Of a stretch of 64,000 bases of DNA, positions 50,735 to 62,432 are shown one piece after another. A program made the translations under genes and the position numbers. Each line of letters starts with the position of its first letter. Positions within the stretch are counted from its first letter, which is position 1. The DNA comes from Sphaerodactylus townsendi (lineage: Eukaryota). The stretch lies in the NCBI RefSeq assembly GCF_021028975.2, contig NC_059428.1, forward strand, positions 31,124,001 through 31,188,000, written 5' to 3'. Under the pieces are notes generated by a model. It was not told the DNA's origin and searched no databases. It worked only from the letters and a program-made list of their open reading frames with translations.

Positions 50735-51224
50735 TCAGACCTGAAAGCCCAGGAGCTGAACAGAATAGATTCCAGGAGGCATGAGCCCACAGCTTCAACT
50801 GCAGGATAAAGCAAACAATAACAATCATAATTTAACAAAATCACAGATCTTCAGCAACTGCTGACCTTCATACATACTGCCTTCTTCCCAAGAATCTAGC
50901 ATGTCCTAAAGTACTCCAGCAGTATGTTTATTTTATGATTTTATTATTATTTTATTTCATGTATACCCCACCAATCTCCTGGAGGACTTAGGGCAGTTTA
51001 CAAATAATCCAAGCAATGTCACCTTTTGTAATTGAGAGATATATACTCAAGATATATGGTACTGCCCAAGATTTCGGGGGGGCGGGGTTAATGTTGCATC
51101 ACATTTGCAAGACTGGAATAATTTGTAGTTTCCAGTCTTAGTGGAGACTTGCTGATGACTGCTACAAAATATTAGGGGGAGGGTTTAAACCCAGTGGGAG
51201 TCGTGCAGTCGTGGAATGGGCTAC

Positions 51225-52365
51225 TTAGGGCGATGATAAGCCGCCCCTTCTCTGGAAGTCTTCAAGCAGCCGCTGGAGGAACGCTCTTCAGGGATGCTTT
51301 AGGTTAGGGCAGTGATGGCGAACCTTTTGAGACCGAGTGCCCAAACTGCAACCCAAAACCCACTTATTTATCGCAAAGTGCCAACACGGCACTTTAACCT
51401 GAATACTGAGGTTTTAGTTTAGAAAAACTGGTTGGCTCCGAGGCATGTGTTACTCGGGAGTAAGCTTGGTGGTAGTCGGTGGCTTTGCTTTGAAGAAACA
51501 AGTAAACTCTTCGAACAGGTGACTCATGTGACCCTAGGAGGGTCTGCCTCAGGAAGCAAAGCCACATTGCCAGCAACTGAGGCTTACCTCGCAGGTAAAG
51601 CGATTACTTCTGGAGTAACAAGCCCTCCTAGAGGTCGTCAGTCACACCGTTCGAAGAGTTTGCTTATGAAAATCAGTTAGAGGTTTAACTTAGTGCTTAA
51701 CTTAGAGGTTACTCTAATACGGCTTCCCCAAAACTAGGTCTTAGGTTTAATGCTAATAATCGAGCCCAGCAGCCCACGCCAGCCTAGATGTGTGTGTGGG
51801 GGGGCAATGACAGAGCCCCCCCCAAGCACTTATGATGAACTCTGTTTGTGTGTGCCCACAGAGAAGGCTCTGAGTGCCACCTCTGGCACCCGTGCCATAG
51901 GTTCACCATCACTGGGTTAGGGTGTTGAACTCATTTCTTACCAGGCACGGATATGACATAAAGGTGCCTTGGACCGGAGGGGAGGGCGTGTGGCTGCCCA
52001 GCAGGACTGCCAGCACACGTTAGCACTATCTCCGCTGGCTAGGCCACTGTGTGCTCCCAGATCAGATTGGCCCTGGGGGTATGTGGGAGGGGGGAGGATT
52101 GGCTGCCTGGGCAGGCACTGGGGGAGGTGCTCAGCTCTGGGGTTGGTGGCTGTCAGCTGTCAAGCCCCCAGTGGGCTCCCCATCCCAGATCAGGAGTGTG
52201 TGTGTGGGGGGGTCTCAGCCAGCTGGTGGGCATATTAAACTCTCACAAGGGGCCAAATCTGGTCCCAGCCGCATGTTTGACACTTGTGTTTTGGCAGATC
52301 CTGCATTGAGCAGGGGGTGGGACTAGAAGGCCTGGATGGCCCCTTCCAAACCTATGATTCTATGA
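51225..52365 (+). mobile_element. CR1 3' fragment split by two nested hAT-type MITEs
   Basis: ccttctctggaagtcttcaagcag...gggatgct at 51245-51300 resumes as gatcctgcattgagcagggggt...ccttccaaacctatgattctatga at 52297-52365. Confidence 0.7.
51310..51914. mobile_element. hAT-type non-autonomous element
   Basis: TIRs CAGTGATGGCGAACCT / AGGTTCACCATCACTG; perfect TSD GGTTAGGG. Confidence 0.85.
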
Positions 52366-53892
52366 AGAATATTTTCAGGTCAGTGACTCTGCTCTTCAAA
52401 CCCCCAGAAGAGAGCAGAGCCTCATTTGTTTCCTCTGTAATCCTTTCACAACCGCACTGGGCAGAAAATAGTCTATTTCACCCAATCTGTAGTTTGCTGT
52501 TTCTTAGTGACCTTGGAGCAGTTTCTGCCTTGAACTGACCCTTTTTCAGTTTTCAAGATGCTGCGTAATTCTTATCAAATCTGCATTCCAAAACGGATCA
52601 GTGTCCAGTCCACACTGGGACATCTACAAAATTCATGTTGTGAGAAGGGCATAGTGATTGCGCCCCTTCAACCCATTGATTTCACGAGCTTTGGGGAGGG
52701 GGGGGTGAACCTTGTTTGGGTAGACTACGTATTAAGGGCAGGGTTCTAATTTTCCTACTGTCTTTTCATTCTGTCACATTACTGTAATGCGACATGGAAA
52801 GTAGGCTGTTTGAAGTGACAAAGACGGAGTGGCAACCTTTGCTTCTTAGAAACTCTCACATCAGCAATAGACAGATTTATATACATTTAATTAAGGCACT
52901 GCTCGGTCAGTCCATTAAAAGGCAGACAACTCGTCTACTTTCTCATAAGAAAGAAGTATAGGAATTTGACCCCGTCTTGTGTAGACTGAGCCTTGGTAGG
53001 GTTTCTACTGAAACTTTAGTGGCAATCCAAGCAGAGGTCTGCAACCTGCGGCTCTCCAGATGTTCATGGACTACAATTTCCATCAACCCCTGCCAGCATG
53101 GCCAATTGGAGAGCTGCATCTGGAGAGCCGCAGGTTGCAGACCCCTGGATTAGATCCTTAGACTTCTCAACTGGCTGCCTCAGGTCTCCTTGGGAAAACA
53201 AAAAACCTCCTTCCCCACTAGAGTAAGGGACTCAACCAGCTGTTACGGGTTTTCTGGGGCTGTGTGGCCAGGGTCTGGTAGTTTTTGCTGGAGTTCACTG
53301 CACAGAGAAGTGGCTAGCATACTGATTAAAAGGGCAAAGGGTAAATGTTTATTAGGAAGTGCATTTAGCATAGTGAAGACGGAAAGACAGCCTGCTGCTA
53401 TCTTGGTAGCTAGGAAGAGTCTGTTTTTCTAACTTCGGAGAAGAAGCAGGATATTAGACCTGAGAGTATCAGTCTAGGGACAAGAAGTGACACAAAAGGA
53501 AGAGGGGTCGCTAACTTTACAGCCCTCTCTTGCTGACCACTTGCCTGCCCCCTGCTGGGTCTCCTTCTCAGTTCCTTTGCACAGTAGATATTGGTACATC
53601 CAACACCCCTTCCCAAGGTCTAGTGTGCAAAGTCCATAAGATTCATCTTCCCACAGAGACCTTCAAATGTCTCTCCAGGTAAGGGCTCGGTGAACACATC
53701 TATAACCATTTCTTTTTCAGGACAGTACTAAAGTCAACAAGCCTTCACATAGGTTTCTCACAAAATATTTCACATCCATATGGCTCAAGTGCTAAACCTT
53801 TTTATCACAGTCCTCTTTGCTTTCATACCAAAAGATCAAATCATCCATATAAGTCAGAATGTGAGTCCACCTGTTGTCTCTGTACCTTGAGC

Positions 53893-54284
53893 CAGAGGTG
53901 TAGCTGGGCCAGAGTGCTCCTGATGCGCACTATGGCTTTTTCGCACACCCCCGGCGCAGCACACATACCCCCCCCCCCGTGGCACACACAGCCCCGCGGC
54001 GCCCCCGCACTTACTTTAGAAACTGTGCAAACTGGAGAACAGACCTGTTCCCTTCCAGGCTTCAAAGGCCCTAGTGGGAACTACATTTCTCAGGAGACCC
54101 TGGGAAATGTAGTTCCCACCAGGGCCTTTGAAGCCTGTTCTCCAGCCTGCTCGGTTTGTAATGTAAGTGTGGGGGAGCGCCGTGGGGGGAAGGGGGGGAG
54201 GGGGAATTTTCCACCCACCACATGACCCAAAACCGTGCGCCCAGTGCACAGTGCACCCCCCTCCCCCTGGTAGTTTTGCCAGTG
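53893..54284. mobile_element. hAT-type MITE inserted in the Copia RT
   Basis: CAGAGGTGTAGC start; perfect TSD CCTTGAGC; internal palindrome 54061-54132. Confidence 0.8.
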
Positions 54285-55810
54285 CCTTGAGCACAGGCAA
54301 GGTTCTGCTTTGCCTTGTTAAAATCATTCTTTAGTAAGCTCTTGATGAAGCTTTGGGTTCCAACACTGGGCTGCCTGTTTCAATCCATGAATGCTCTTAG
54401 AAGTTTGCACACAAGAAGCTCGCCCTTGTGTTGTCCAAATCCTGGTGGTTGTTCCATGTAGATTTCTTCCTTTATTTCTCCATGTAGGAAGGCAGTCTTT
54501 ACATCTAGGTGCTCAATTTGCATCTTTCTTGCAGCTGTGGTGCTCAAGAGCAGAAAGTGTGTCTGACCGCTGGTGGAAAGGTTTCTTCATAGTGTTCTCC
54601 AAATTTTTGAGGGTAGCCTTTTGCAACCAGTCTTGCCTTGTATCTTCTCACTTCCCTTTCTGCATGGTCTTGAAACTCTTGGTCTTGAAAACTGCTTGCA
54701 TCCTACTGCCTTCTTTTCAGGTCGTAGTTCTGTAAGTGTCCATGTTTTGTTTTGAGTTAATGCTTCATTCTCTTCTTCTGTAGCTTTCATCCATCTCTCT
54801 GCTTCTCTGACAGCCATCCTTGCAATGTCTTCCCATGCGGAGGGTTCTGCAACCATTGCTGCCTTTGCAAGACAAGCATATCTCAGAGGTGGTCTGCCCA
54901 TGTTTGTTCTGGGGGAATGCTTGAGGGTTGTAGCCCCTTCTAGCTGAACATGTTCTGCAGATGCTCCATGTGTGCTGTCCATGGTGCTGTCATCCTTAGG
55001 TGCTTCAAGTGTGCTGTCCATGGTATTCAGATAGACTGCATTTGGCTGCTGTACTTGATTTTCTCTGCTGAGATGAAATTACTGGAATCTGCTTTCTCCT
55101 TTTCATCATCATAAACTGCATCACAAATGTTTAACTCACAAGTTTTAGGGTTAAGGATTTTGTATCCTCTGCACCCCTCAGAATATCCTATAAAATGCCT
55201 CCTTCTGTTCAATTTTTAGTGCTTCTTTCTAGGAATTTAAGCATATGCTTTTGATCCAAAAACTTTCAGATGGCTCACACTGGGCTTGCCCAAACCACAG
55301 TTTATAAAGAGTCTTATCAGCTCCCATGGCTGGCAATCTGTTTTGTAAGTAAGATGCTGTATTAATGGCCTCTGCCAAGTATTTACCTGGTAGTTTGGCC
55401 TTAAACAATATGCATCTGGCCATTTCAGTAAGGGGACTTTTTTTTTCTTTTTAGCTGACCGCTCATTTCAGGACTAAATGGAATAGCCAACTGATGTTCA
55501 ATTCCACATTCAGTCAATAATGCTTTCATTTCATTTGAGCAATATTCTGCCCCATTGTCTGAGTGTAAAACCACTGAGGTCCTTTGGAATCTATTTTTGA
55601 CTAATGCAAGGTAAACTTTAAATTTGCTCAGAACTTTGCTTTTATGTCTGAGGAACTATGTCCCTTTATATTTTGAAAAATCATCTATAAATATGAGGAG
55701 ATATAGGGGCCCTGAAGGAGTCTCTGTTTTAAATGGTGTACATAAATCTGTACAAATAAGCTCCAGAGGATGCTTTGCTCTCAGCCTGCTTGATTTCTTT
55801 GCAAAGCTCC

Positions 55811-55950
55811 GTCCCCTTCTGCACATGCAGAATAATACACTTTCCATCCACTTTCACAATTGTTTGCAAGTGGATTTTGCTATCTGCACAGCCACAAAGT
55901 GGATTGAAAGTGGGTTGAAAGTGCATTATTCTGCATGTGCTGAAGGGGCC
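55811..55950. mobile_element. PIF/Harbinger-like MITE (family A) inside the Copia integrase region
   Basis: Same TIRs. Confidence 0.75.
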
Positions 55951-56619
55951 ACAGTCTGACATTCTTTGCCTTTAGGCAAGTATCACATTTCTGTATTTAC
56001 TGAGAGCAGTTAACAATTTGCATATTTTTTCTTAAAGTCTGACTCTCAAGCTTTAATAATTCTTTATCACAGTTACAAAGTTTGCATAACTTTTGGCAAT
56101 GAGATCAACAAGTATGACGTCGTCATCTTCCAAGACCTTTCCAACTAACTTTAGCTGGTCAGTTAGAATCTCATTAATATGCTGATTTAGATTGCCTCCT
56201 TCTGGCAAACATTTCACAAGTAGCTGATATTGCAGAAACATCATTGTTAAGATTTCTTTTCCAAACATTTTTTTTAACTCCTGAAAAATTTCAGCCACTG
56301 TATCCAAAATGTCTGTCCCGGATAATAATTAGTCTGATAAAGCTGACACAATAATACCTCTGGCTTTCGAGTTCCATTTCTTGCAGTCCTCATCTCACTG
56401 GGCTGGTTTTGTTGTTGAAAGAAAGCTCCATAAGTTTTTGTGCTGCAACAAGGTGTATTTGTGTTGTTTTTTGTAACTGTGGGTTTATATTTGGTAACTA
56501 AGTGATTTTTTTTAATGTTATGGACATATATTCTAATGATTTGAGTATTATGTATTTTTAATATTTGTTGAAGTAAATAAAAATGTAATACAGAAAAAAG
56601 GAAACATAAAACATTTTTC

Positions 56620-58010
56620 CTGCTGTAAGATCGCTTTCATTCACAGTCTCCATGTGGAACGAACTGGTAATTAACTATGAAAAAACCAAAATAATGGTCT
56701 TCGCTAGAAGACCCCCTAGTCATACATGGACCATCAATAACAGACCCATAGAACAAGTTAACCAGTTCAAACATTTGGGCATAACTCTTACTAGCAACCT
56801 TAATTGGGCAGTACATAGGAAATTAGCACTCGCTGCAGCTAACAACAGTGCCCTAGCAATTCAGCGTTTCTTTTTCACTGTGGGCCACTAGTATATACCA
56901 TCCGCATTGAAGGTGTTCAGTGCTAAATGCGGCTCTCAGCTCCTCTATGGAGCACCTATTTGGATCGGAGCTATAAACAAAATATAAACACAGCCCAGTC
57001 CCGTTTCTTCCACAAAATTATGGGCTTACCAAATTGTGCTTCATATGCAGCCCTATGTTTAGAACTCGGGCAAATATCATATGCCACGATGGCCTGGCTG
57101 AGAACTGTCAGATACTGGCTACGTATCCACTCATACTTGCAGGATCACTCCAGTTTGTTACACCTCATGCTTTCCGACTATCGCAAATTCTAGGTGGCTG
57201 GAAACTAGTTGAGGGAAAATCAACACTCTTGGCTTTTCATTAGAGTCGTTAGTCCCTCTTTTCCCTATCAGGAAGCATACTATAGCTGCTTGAAAAATCT
57301 AAGCCGCTTATTAAGAACAAGAGTATCGGGATATGATAACAGCTGCGAGGAAAACGTGTTCCCCCCCTGACCTCTGCTTATTCCAAGTGAACAAGGACAC
57401 ATGGCCAATTCATTTACAGTGTGAATCACTCTCAACCCTAAAATTAAGAAGAGCTTTAACACTGGCCAGATTCAATCTTAATGCCTTCTATGCTGCTCTA
57501 TGTAGCAGATACTCAACAAATTGATAAACAGAGGAGGCTATGTCCATGCAATATGGGTCAGGGTGGAGACACTCGATCATACCCTCTTTCATTGTGTAAG
57601 GTTTGCAAAAATCAGAATGTCACAATCTGCACTTATCCCATTTCTGTATAACAATCTAACTGATGCTCTTAAGATACCTATGCTTTTGAACAACATGGAT
57701 CCCACAGTGTGTGAGAATGTAGCAAAATTTCTGCTAACAATAATAGACGTAAGTCTAGATGAATACCAACCAAAGTCTATGTATTATGACCACATATAGC
57801 CAGCAGTAATTTTTCTAGCTTCTGTCAGTATCCGATGACGTTTAAGTGAGTTAACTTAGCTGAAGGAATGTCCTATAGTTACAGAAGGACCATGTATATA
57901 TTTTAGTATTTAGTATTTTAGTACCAGTGTCTATAATTGTGAGCAATAATGGGCAAATTTTGTATGCTGATTTTGTATGTTTATTTTATGCCAATAAAGG
58001 CTTGTGATGA
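56620..58010 (+). mobile_element. 5'-truncated non-LTR retrotransposon (RTE-X-like) nested in the Copia element
   Basis: RT C-terminal motif INYEKTKIMVF...IEQVNQFKHLG, RRALTLARFN, CCHC-type ETLDHTLFHC, and AATAAA at 57993-57998 before a short tail. Clade assignment tentative. Confidence 0.7.
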
Positions 58011-58480
58011 TAGTAGATCTATGCAAGTGTCATACCTTTACTCACAGGGGGTGGCCATCTTCTGTGCCTTTTGTCTTTGTGCCCTAGTTATCTGAGCCTG
58101 GGGCAAATGCTTCCTTTTTCTTTTAATCCTTGCCATTAACTCCTGGACCCATAACCAAAATGTTGGAGTTTACTGCACAGAGAATTGGCTAGCACACTGA
58201 TTATAAGGGCAAGGGGCAAATGTTTATTAGGAAGTACATTTACAATAGTAAAGAGTGAGAGATAGCATGCTGCTTCCTTGCAGGCTAGGAAGAGTTGGTT
58301 TTTCTAACTTGGGAAAAGAAGCAGGATATTAGACCTGAGAATAGCAGAATAAAGAAAGACAAGAGGTGACACAAAAGGATGGACACTAACTTTACAGCCC
58401 TCTCTAGCTGACCATTTGCCTGCCTGCTGCTGGGCACTCCTCCCAGTTCCTTTGCACTTTATACATTGCTTTAGACAACA

Positions 58481-58660
58481 GTTTTTGCTTCCAAGGTTTG
58501 GTCGCATCTATGGCTGGCATCTTCAGGGGCATGTCACGGTAAGCTGTGTTTCTCTCCATGACACAGAAAAATACCTCTTCAGACATGCCTCTGAAGGTGC
58601 CAGCCATAGATGTCAGTGAAACCTAGGAGCAAAAACTATCACACAGCATGAAAACCCAGG
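58481..58660. mobile_element. Right part of the Penelope-like element split by the Copia insertion (left part 53232-53285)
   Basis: Removing 53286-58485 rejoins ggtctggtagtttt-tgcttcc…. Two oppositely oriented degenerate hammerhead cores are present. Confidence 0.75.
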
Positions 58661-58779
58661 TTTCCAGTTTATTTTTATGAATAAGGTTACTGGCTGAAGG
58701 TTAGGAAATACCCCGGGATTTGTGGGGGGGGGGGGGGAGCCTGAGGAGGGGGGATTTGGCGAGGGAAAGTGGCATCAGT

Positions 58780-58945
58780 GAGGAATAATGTCGCAGAGTC
58801 CACTTTCCAAAAGTGGGGAATAATGCCACAATCCACTTTCTAAAGTGGGGAATAATGCCATAGTTCCAAAATGGGGAATAATGCCACAGAGTCCACTTTC
58901 CAAAGTGGGGAATAATACAATTGGGGAATAACTTTCCAAAGTGGC
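58780..58945. repeat. Imperfect minisatellite, unit about GGGGAATAATGCCACAGAGTCCACTTTCCAAAGT
   Basis: About five to six full or partial copies ending about 130 bp before the exon 2 acceptor. Confidence 0.8.
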
Positions 58946-59074
58946 CATTTTCTCCAGGCTAATGTGGCCTGGAGATCGTCTGTAATCCCCGGAGATCTGG
59001 GGTGAGCAGCCTGATCGCTGCAGCAGGGTCTGTCCGGGATTCTAGCCTCTCTAACCCTCCCTGCTTTCCCGCAG

Positions 59075-59445
59075 GTGGCTCCTACGCGGTGGAGCCGGAG
59101 GAGAACAAGCGGACGCGGACGGCCTACACGCGCGCGCAGCTGCTGGAGCTGGAGAAGGAGTTCCTCTTCAACAAGTACATCTCCCGGCCGCGGCGCGTGG
59201 AGCTGGCCGTGCTGCTGAACTTGACCGAGCGCCACATCAAGATCTGGTTCCAGAACCGCCGCATGAAGTGGAAGAAGGAGGAGGACAAGAAGCGAGGAGG
59301 CGCCGCAGGCGGCGGGAGCGGCCGGGAACCGGAGCAGGACTGCGCCGTCTCCTCGGGGGAACTGATGGCCAAGGACGAGGCGGGCGAGGAGCGGCTGCCC
59401 ACCAGCCCCACCGCCTCCTCTCCCCAGCCCCCGGCGGCCCGGTGA
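59075..59445 (+). CDS. PDX1: PDX1 coding exon 2 (homeodomain and SPOP/PCIF1-binding C-terminal motif)
   Basis: Branch-point-like CTAAC 59051-59055, pyrimidine tract and CAG acceptor ending 59074. Encodes [60 protein letters not shown] (Xlox-type ERHIKIWFQ) and [15 protein letters not shown] stop at 59443-59445. Frame joins exon 1 (430+371=801 nt, 266 aa). Confidence 0.98.
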
Positions 59446-60243
59446 AGAGCGCAGCAGCCTCTGCCCTCCGGAGGACTTTCAGAGCAGGGCCAGAAAAAGC
59501 TCTTCCGAGGAAACAGAACTCTGGACTCCGCTCCGAAGTGGTCCTAGCTCGGCTGACTGTCCAGAGACAACGGGGCAGGGGGGGGGGCGATGGGGGAGAC
59601 TGCGGAGAAGGGGGGGAATGGGGACGCAGCCCCTGCCACCCTTGGAGCGCCCCTTTCTGGAAAAGCACCCTCCCCCGTCTAGAAACCTTTCCCAGAGATG
59701 TGCTCATCCAAAATTGAATACAACAATAATGATAATAATCACGCCAGATGTTTAAACCCCGGCCCTCCGTTTGGCTAGGCTGGCAGGGGCTGGTGGGAAT
59801 CGTAGCCCGGGGAACATCTGGAGGGCCAGAGTTTAAACGATTCTTCCACGGGATCAATACATGGCCATGTGGACAATCAGGGTAGGGGGTGGGGGAAAGG
59901 GGTCTGGGGATATATGAAGCAACCGCCCGCCCTGTTTCCAGACGCGTCTGGTTCGAAATACAATTCCTTGAGAAACCAAAGTAGTCTTTTGTCTTTCACT
60001 GGGTTCGAGCTGGGCTGGGAGGATCTTGAGAAGGGCGGGCTTCAGGGATCGGAGGTTGTTGGGTTAGCAACTCTCAAGACACCCCAGTGGGGGCTCCCTG
60101 TAGCTCACCAAATTGTCTAAGGCAAGCCATGATCCTCCTGGTTGATGTACCTGGAGCGGAGGAGTGTTTTGGAAGGTAGGTGAGGTCTTGCCCAGGAGGG
60201 CTTCTAATTGGGCACTGGATATCAATCTTCATTGGCTGTGCAG

Positions 60244-60249
60244 ATTAAA
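60244..60249 (+). terminator. Candidate PDX1 polyadenylation signal (ATTAAA)
   Basis: First A(A/T)TAAA hexamer I found after the stop codon, followed by GT/T-rich sequence. Not testable without transcript data. Confidence 0.3.
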
Positions 60250-60493
60250 ATAACAGTGTTTCACCGAGAGCTGCCACTTGCTCTCTCTCACTCCTCTTCC
60301 TTGGGTACATTTTTAACCCCTCCTTCTCCCCTGCTCTTGGACTTCTTCTGTGTTTGACTCTGCCTCCTGTATCAGAAGCCCAAAGATGCCCACATGCTCA
60401 GAAAGGCTTTGGGAGTGATCAGGGAAAGCAAGATCAAAGAACCCATCCTGTCTCTCCTGCTGGGTCTCCTGTTTCCCGGACTGCAGGGACTAA

Positions 60494-60793
60494 AAAGAAG
60501 AAGAGTTTGGATTTATATCCCACCTTTCTCTCCTGTAAGGAGACTGGAGGAGGCCTACAAACTCCTTTCCCCTCTTCTCCCCACCACAGACCCCTTTTGA
60601 GGTAGGTGGGGCTGAGAGAATCCTGAGAGAACTGAGACTAGCCAAGGTCACCCAGCAGGAATGTAGGTGTGAGGGAACACATCTGGTTCACCAGATAAGC
60701 CTCTGCCACTCAGGTGGAAGAGTAGGGAATCAAACCTGGTTCTCCAGATTAGAATCCACCTGCTTTTAACCATTGCACCACTGCTGGCTCTCT
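60494..60793 (-). mobile_element. Squam3-type SINE
   Basis: Full-length, reverse orientation. Confidence 0.8.
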
Positions 60794-60961
60794 TATCCTG
60801 CCCTCCAGAACTCAAAGGGCCATCTTCCTCCACCTCCTTATGTAGGGAATCTACTCCATTGTATTGCTTCTGTATCACACTACAACCTGATTTGCAGCTT
60901 AAGACCTTGTTGCAGGTCTTTGGTTCTGTATACCATTGGTTTCTCTTATAAGATGCCTGAT

Positions 60962-61155
60962 GGGGAGGGGTAGTGCCTCGGTAGTAGAGCACTGCTTGGC
61001 CAGCAGAAGGTCCCAGGTTCAATCCCAGGTATCTCTAGATAAAAGGACTAGGCAGGAAGTGATGTGAAAATCCTCGACCTGAGACCCTGGTGAGCCTGCT
61101 GTCAGTCTGAATAGACAATCCTGACCATGCTGGACCAAGGGTCAAGTTCAGTTGG
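60962..61155 (+). mobile_element. Squam2-type tRNA-derived SINE (degraded relatives near 10165-10335, 27817-27915, 32440-32800, 35270-35370)
   Basis: gtagagcactgcttgg..cagaaggtcccaggttcaatccc head; cctgagaccctgg...tagacaat body. Confidence 0.65.
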
Positions 61156-61159
61156 CTGT

Positions 61160-62110
61160 TGTGGCTATTGTTATTAATTTTGTTTAATATCACAGTTTCC
61201 AGTTCTTTAACTGGTTGTTGGTCTTTCATTACAATTCAAGCCTCACCCAGAGGCCTAGGATCTTGTCATGTATCAGTGGAGTATTCATGCAGATCCCAGC
61301 AGGGCTGCCTTATGAATCTGACAGAGGTTGCTTTTGCCAATTTGAAGATGTCTCAAGTGCCGCCCTACTGTTTTCAGGATGGCGCCCAGGGTGCCAGTTA
61401 CCACTGGGACGACTTCAGCGGGTTTGTGCCATAGTTGCTGTATCTTGATTTTTGAATTGAAACATTCAGTGACCTTCTCATGGTCTTTTTCAGTGACCCT
61501 ACTGTCACCAGGTATTGCTATGTCAATTATGGTCACTTTCGGGTCCTCAATCACTGTGATGTCTGGTGTATTATGTGCCAACACTGTGGCTGTTTTGATT
61601 CAAAAGCCCCACAAGATCTTGACCTTCTCATTTTCCGTGACTTTCGCTGGACAATGTTCCCTCCAGTTTTTAGCTGCATAAATTCCTGCATAAATTCCTG
61701 CATAAATTCTAGTGGATCATCTTGGCCACTGAGTTGGGCCTCTATGCTCAGTCTGGCTATGTTTCTGCACCAGCTGAGTACATGATCTACCGTTTCCTTG
61801 ACTTCCTTGCATAGTCTTCACTTTGCATCATCTGAGGATTTTTCTGTTCTGGCCCTGATCGCATTTGTCTTAATGGTGTGCTCTTGAGTCATCATCATAA
61901 TTTAATTTTGCTTAATCTCACAGGTGCCAGTTCTTTATCTGGTTGTTGGCCTTTCATTACAATTCAAGCTCCACCCAGAGGACCTAGGATGCTGTAATGT
62001 ATTGGCATAGTATTCACGTGGACCTCAGCAGAGCTGCCTTTTGACTCTGACAGATGGTAATTTTGTCAATTTGAAGATGCTTCAAGCACCACCCTAGTGT
62101 TGTTGTTGTT
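61160..62110 (-). mobile_element. R4/Dong-type LINE 3' fragments (restriction-like endonuclease)
   Basis: HNTPDITVIE...IIDIAIPGD..EK...VVPVVTGTLGA. A second copy of the same 3' end lies at about 61890-62100. Confidence 0.8.
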
Positions 62111-62432
62111 TAGATTTCTATCTCACCCATTCTCAACTGGTGTAGGGTCAGGGCGGCTGAATTCTGTTAGGCCCTGGTCCAGTAGTTTCACCTACATCTA
62201 TGGCAGAGGTCTGTCATTTCCCAGGAATTATTATTGCACTAACCAAGAAGAAAAGAAGACAGGAGCATGGGGAAATGAAGCCCAGCCTCAGCCAGTTATT
62301 TGAGGGTCACAGGCTGGGATGTTAACAATGCTCCCCTGCACAGTTATGCCTTTAAAAGCCCACTGACTTCAACAGACCTAGTCTGCAACTGCTGGCAGTT
62401 TACTTGGCAGAGAAGTGGTTAATACACTAGTT

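Larger units (their letters stand above)
53286..58480 (-). mobile_element. Decayed Ty1/Copia LTR retrotransposon (LTRs 53286-53605 and 58161-58480)
   Basis: TG...CA LTR pair with 5-bp TSD GTTTT (53281-53285 and 58481-58485). Minus-strand PBS GGTTATGGGTCCAG next to the 5' LTR and purine tract next to the 3' LTR. Domain order gag, integrase (LELICTDLC...FIDDFSK; EAINTASYLQNRLP; FIGYS), RT (NKTWTL...AVGCK; GLKQAA; YMDD near 53840). Frameshifted, no RNase H seen. Confidence 0.93.
39577..59074 (+). other. PDX1: PDX1 intron (19,498 bp, GT-AG, phase 1)
   Basis: GTAAGA donor and tttcccgcAG acceptor restore the PDX1 reading frame at the conserved intron position between hexapeptide and homeodomain. 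Confidence 0.93.

Noticed and set aside
58780-58945. CRISPR-like repeat array
   Set aside because: Eukaryotic locus, no unique spacers, no cas genes; it is a minisatellite.
58840-59857. Overlapping and antisense ORFs across exon 2 (58840-59235, 59237-59857, 59268-59717)
   Set aside because: Shadow ORFs of GC-rich homeobox coding sequence.
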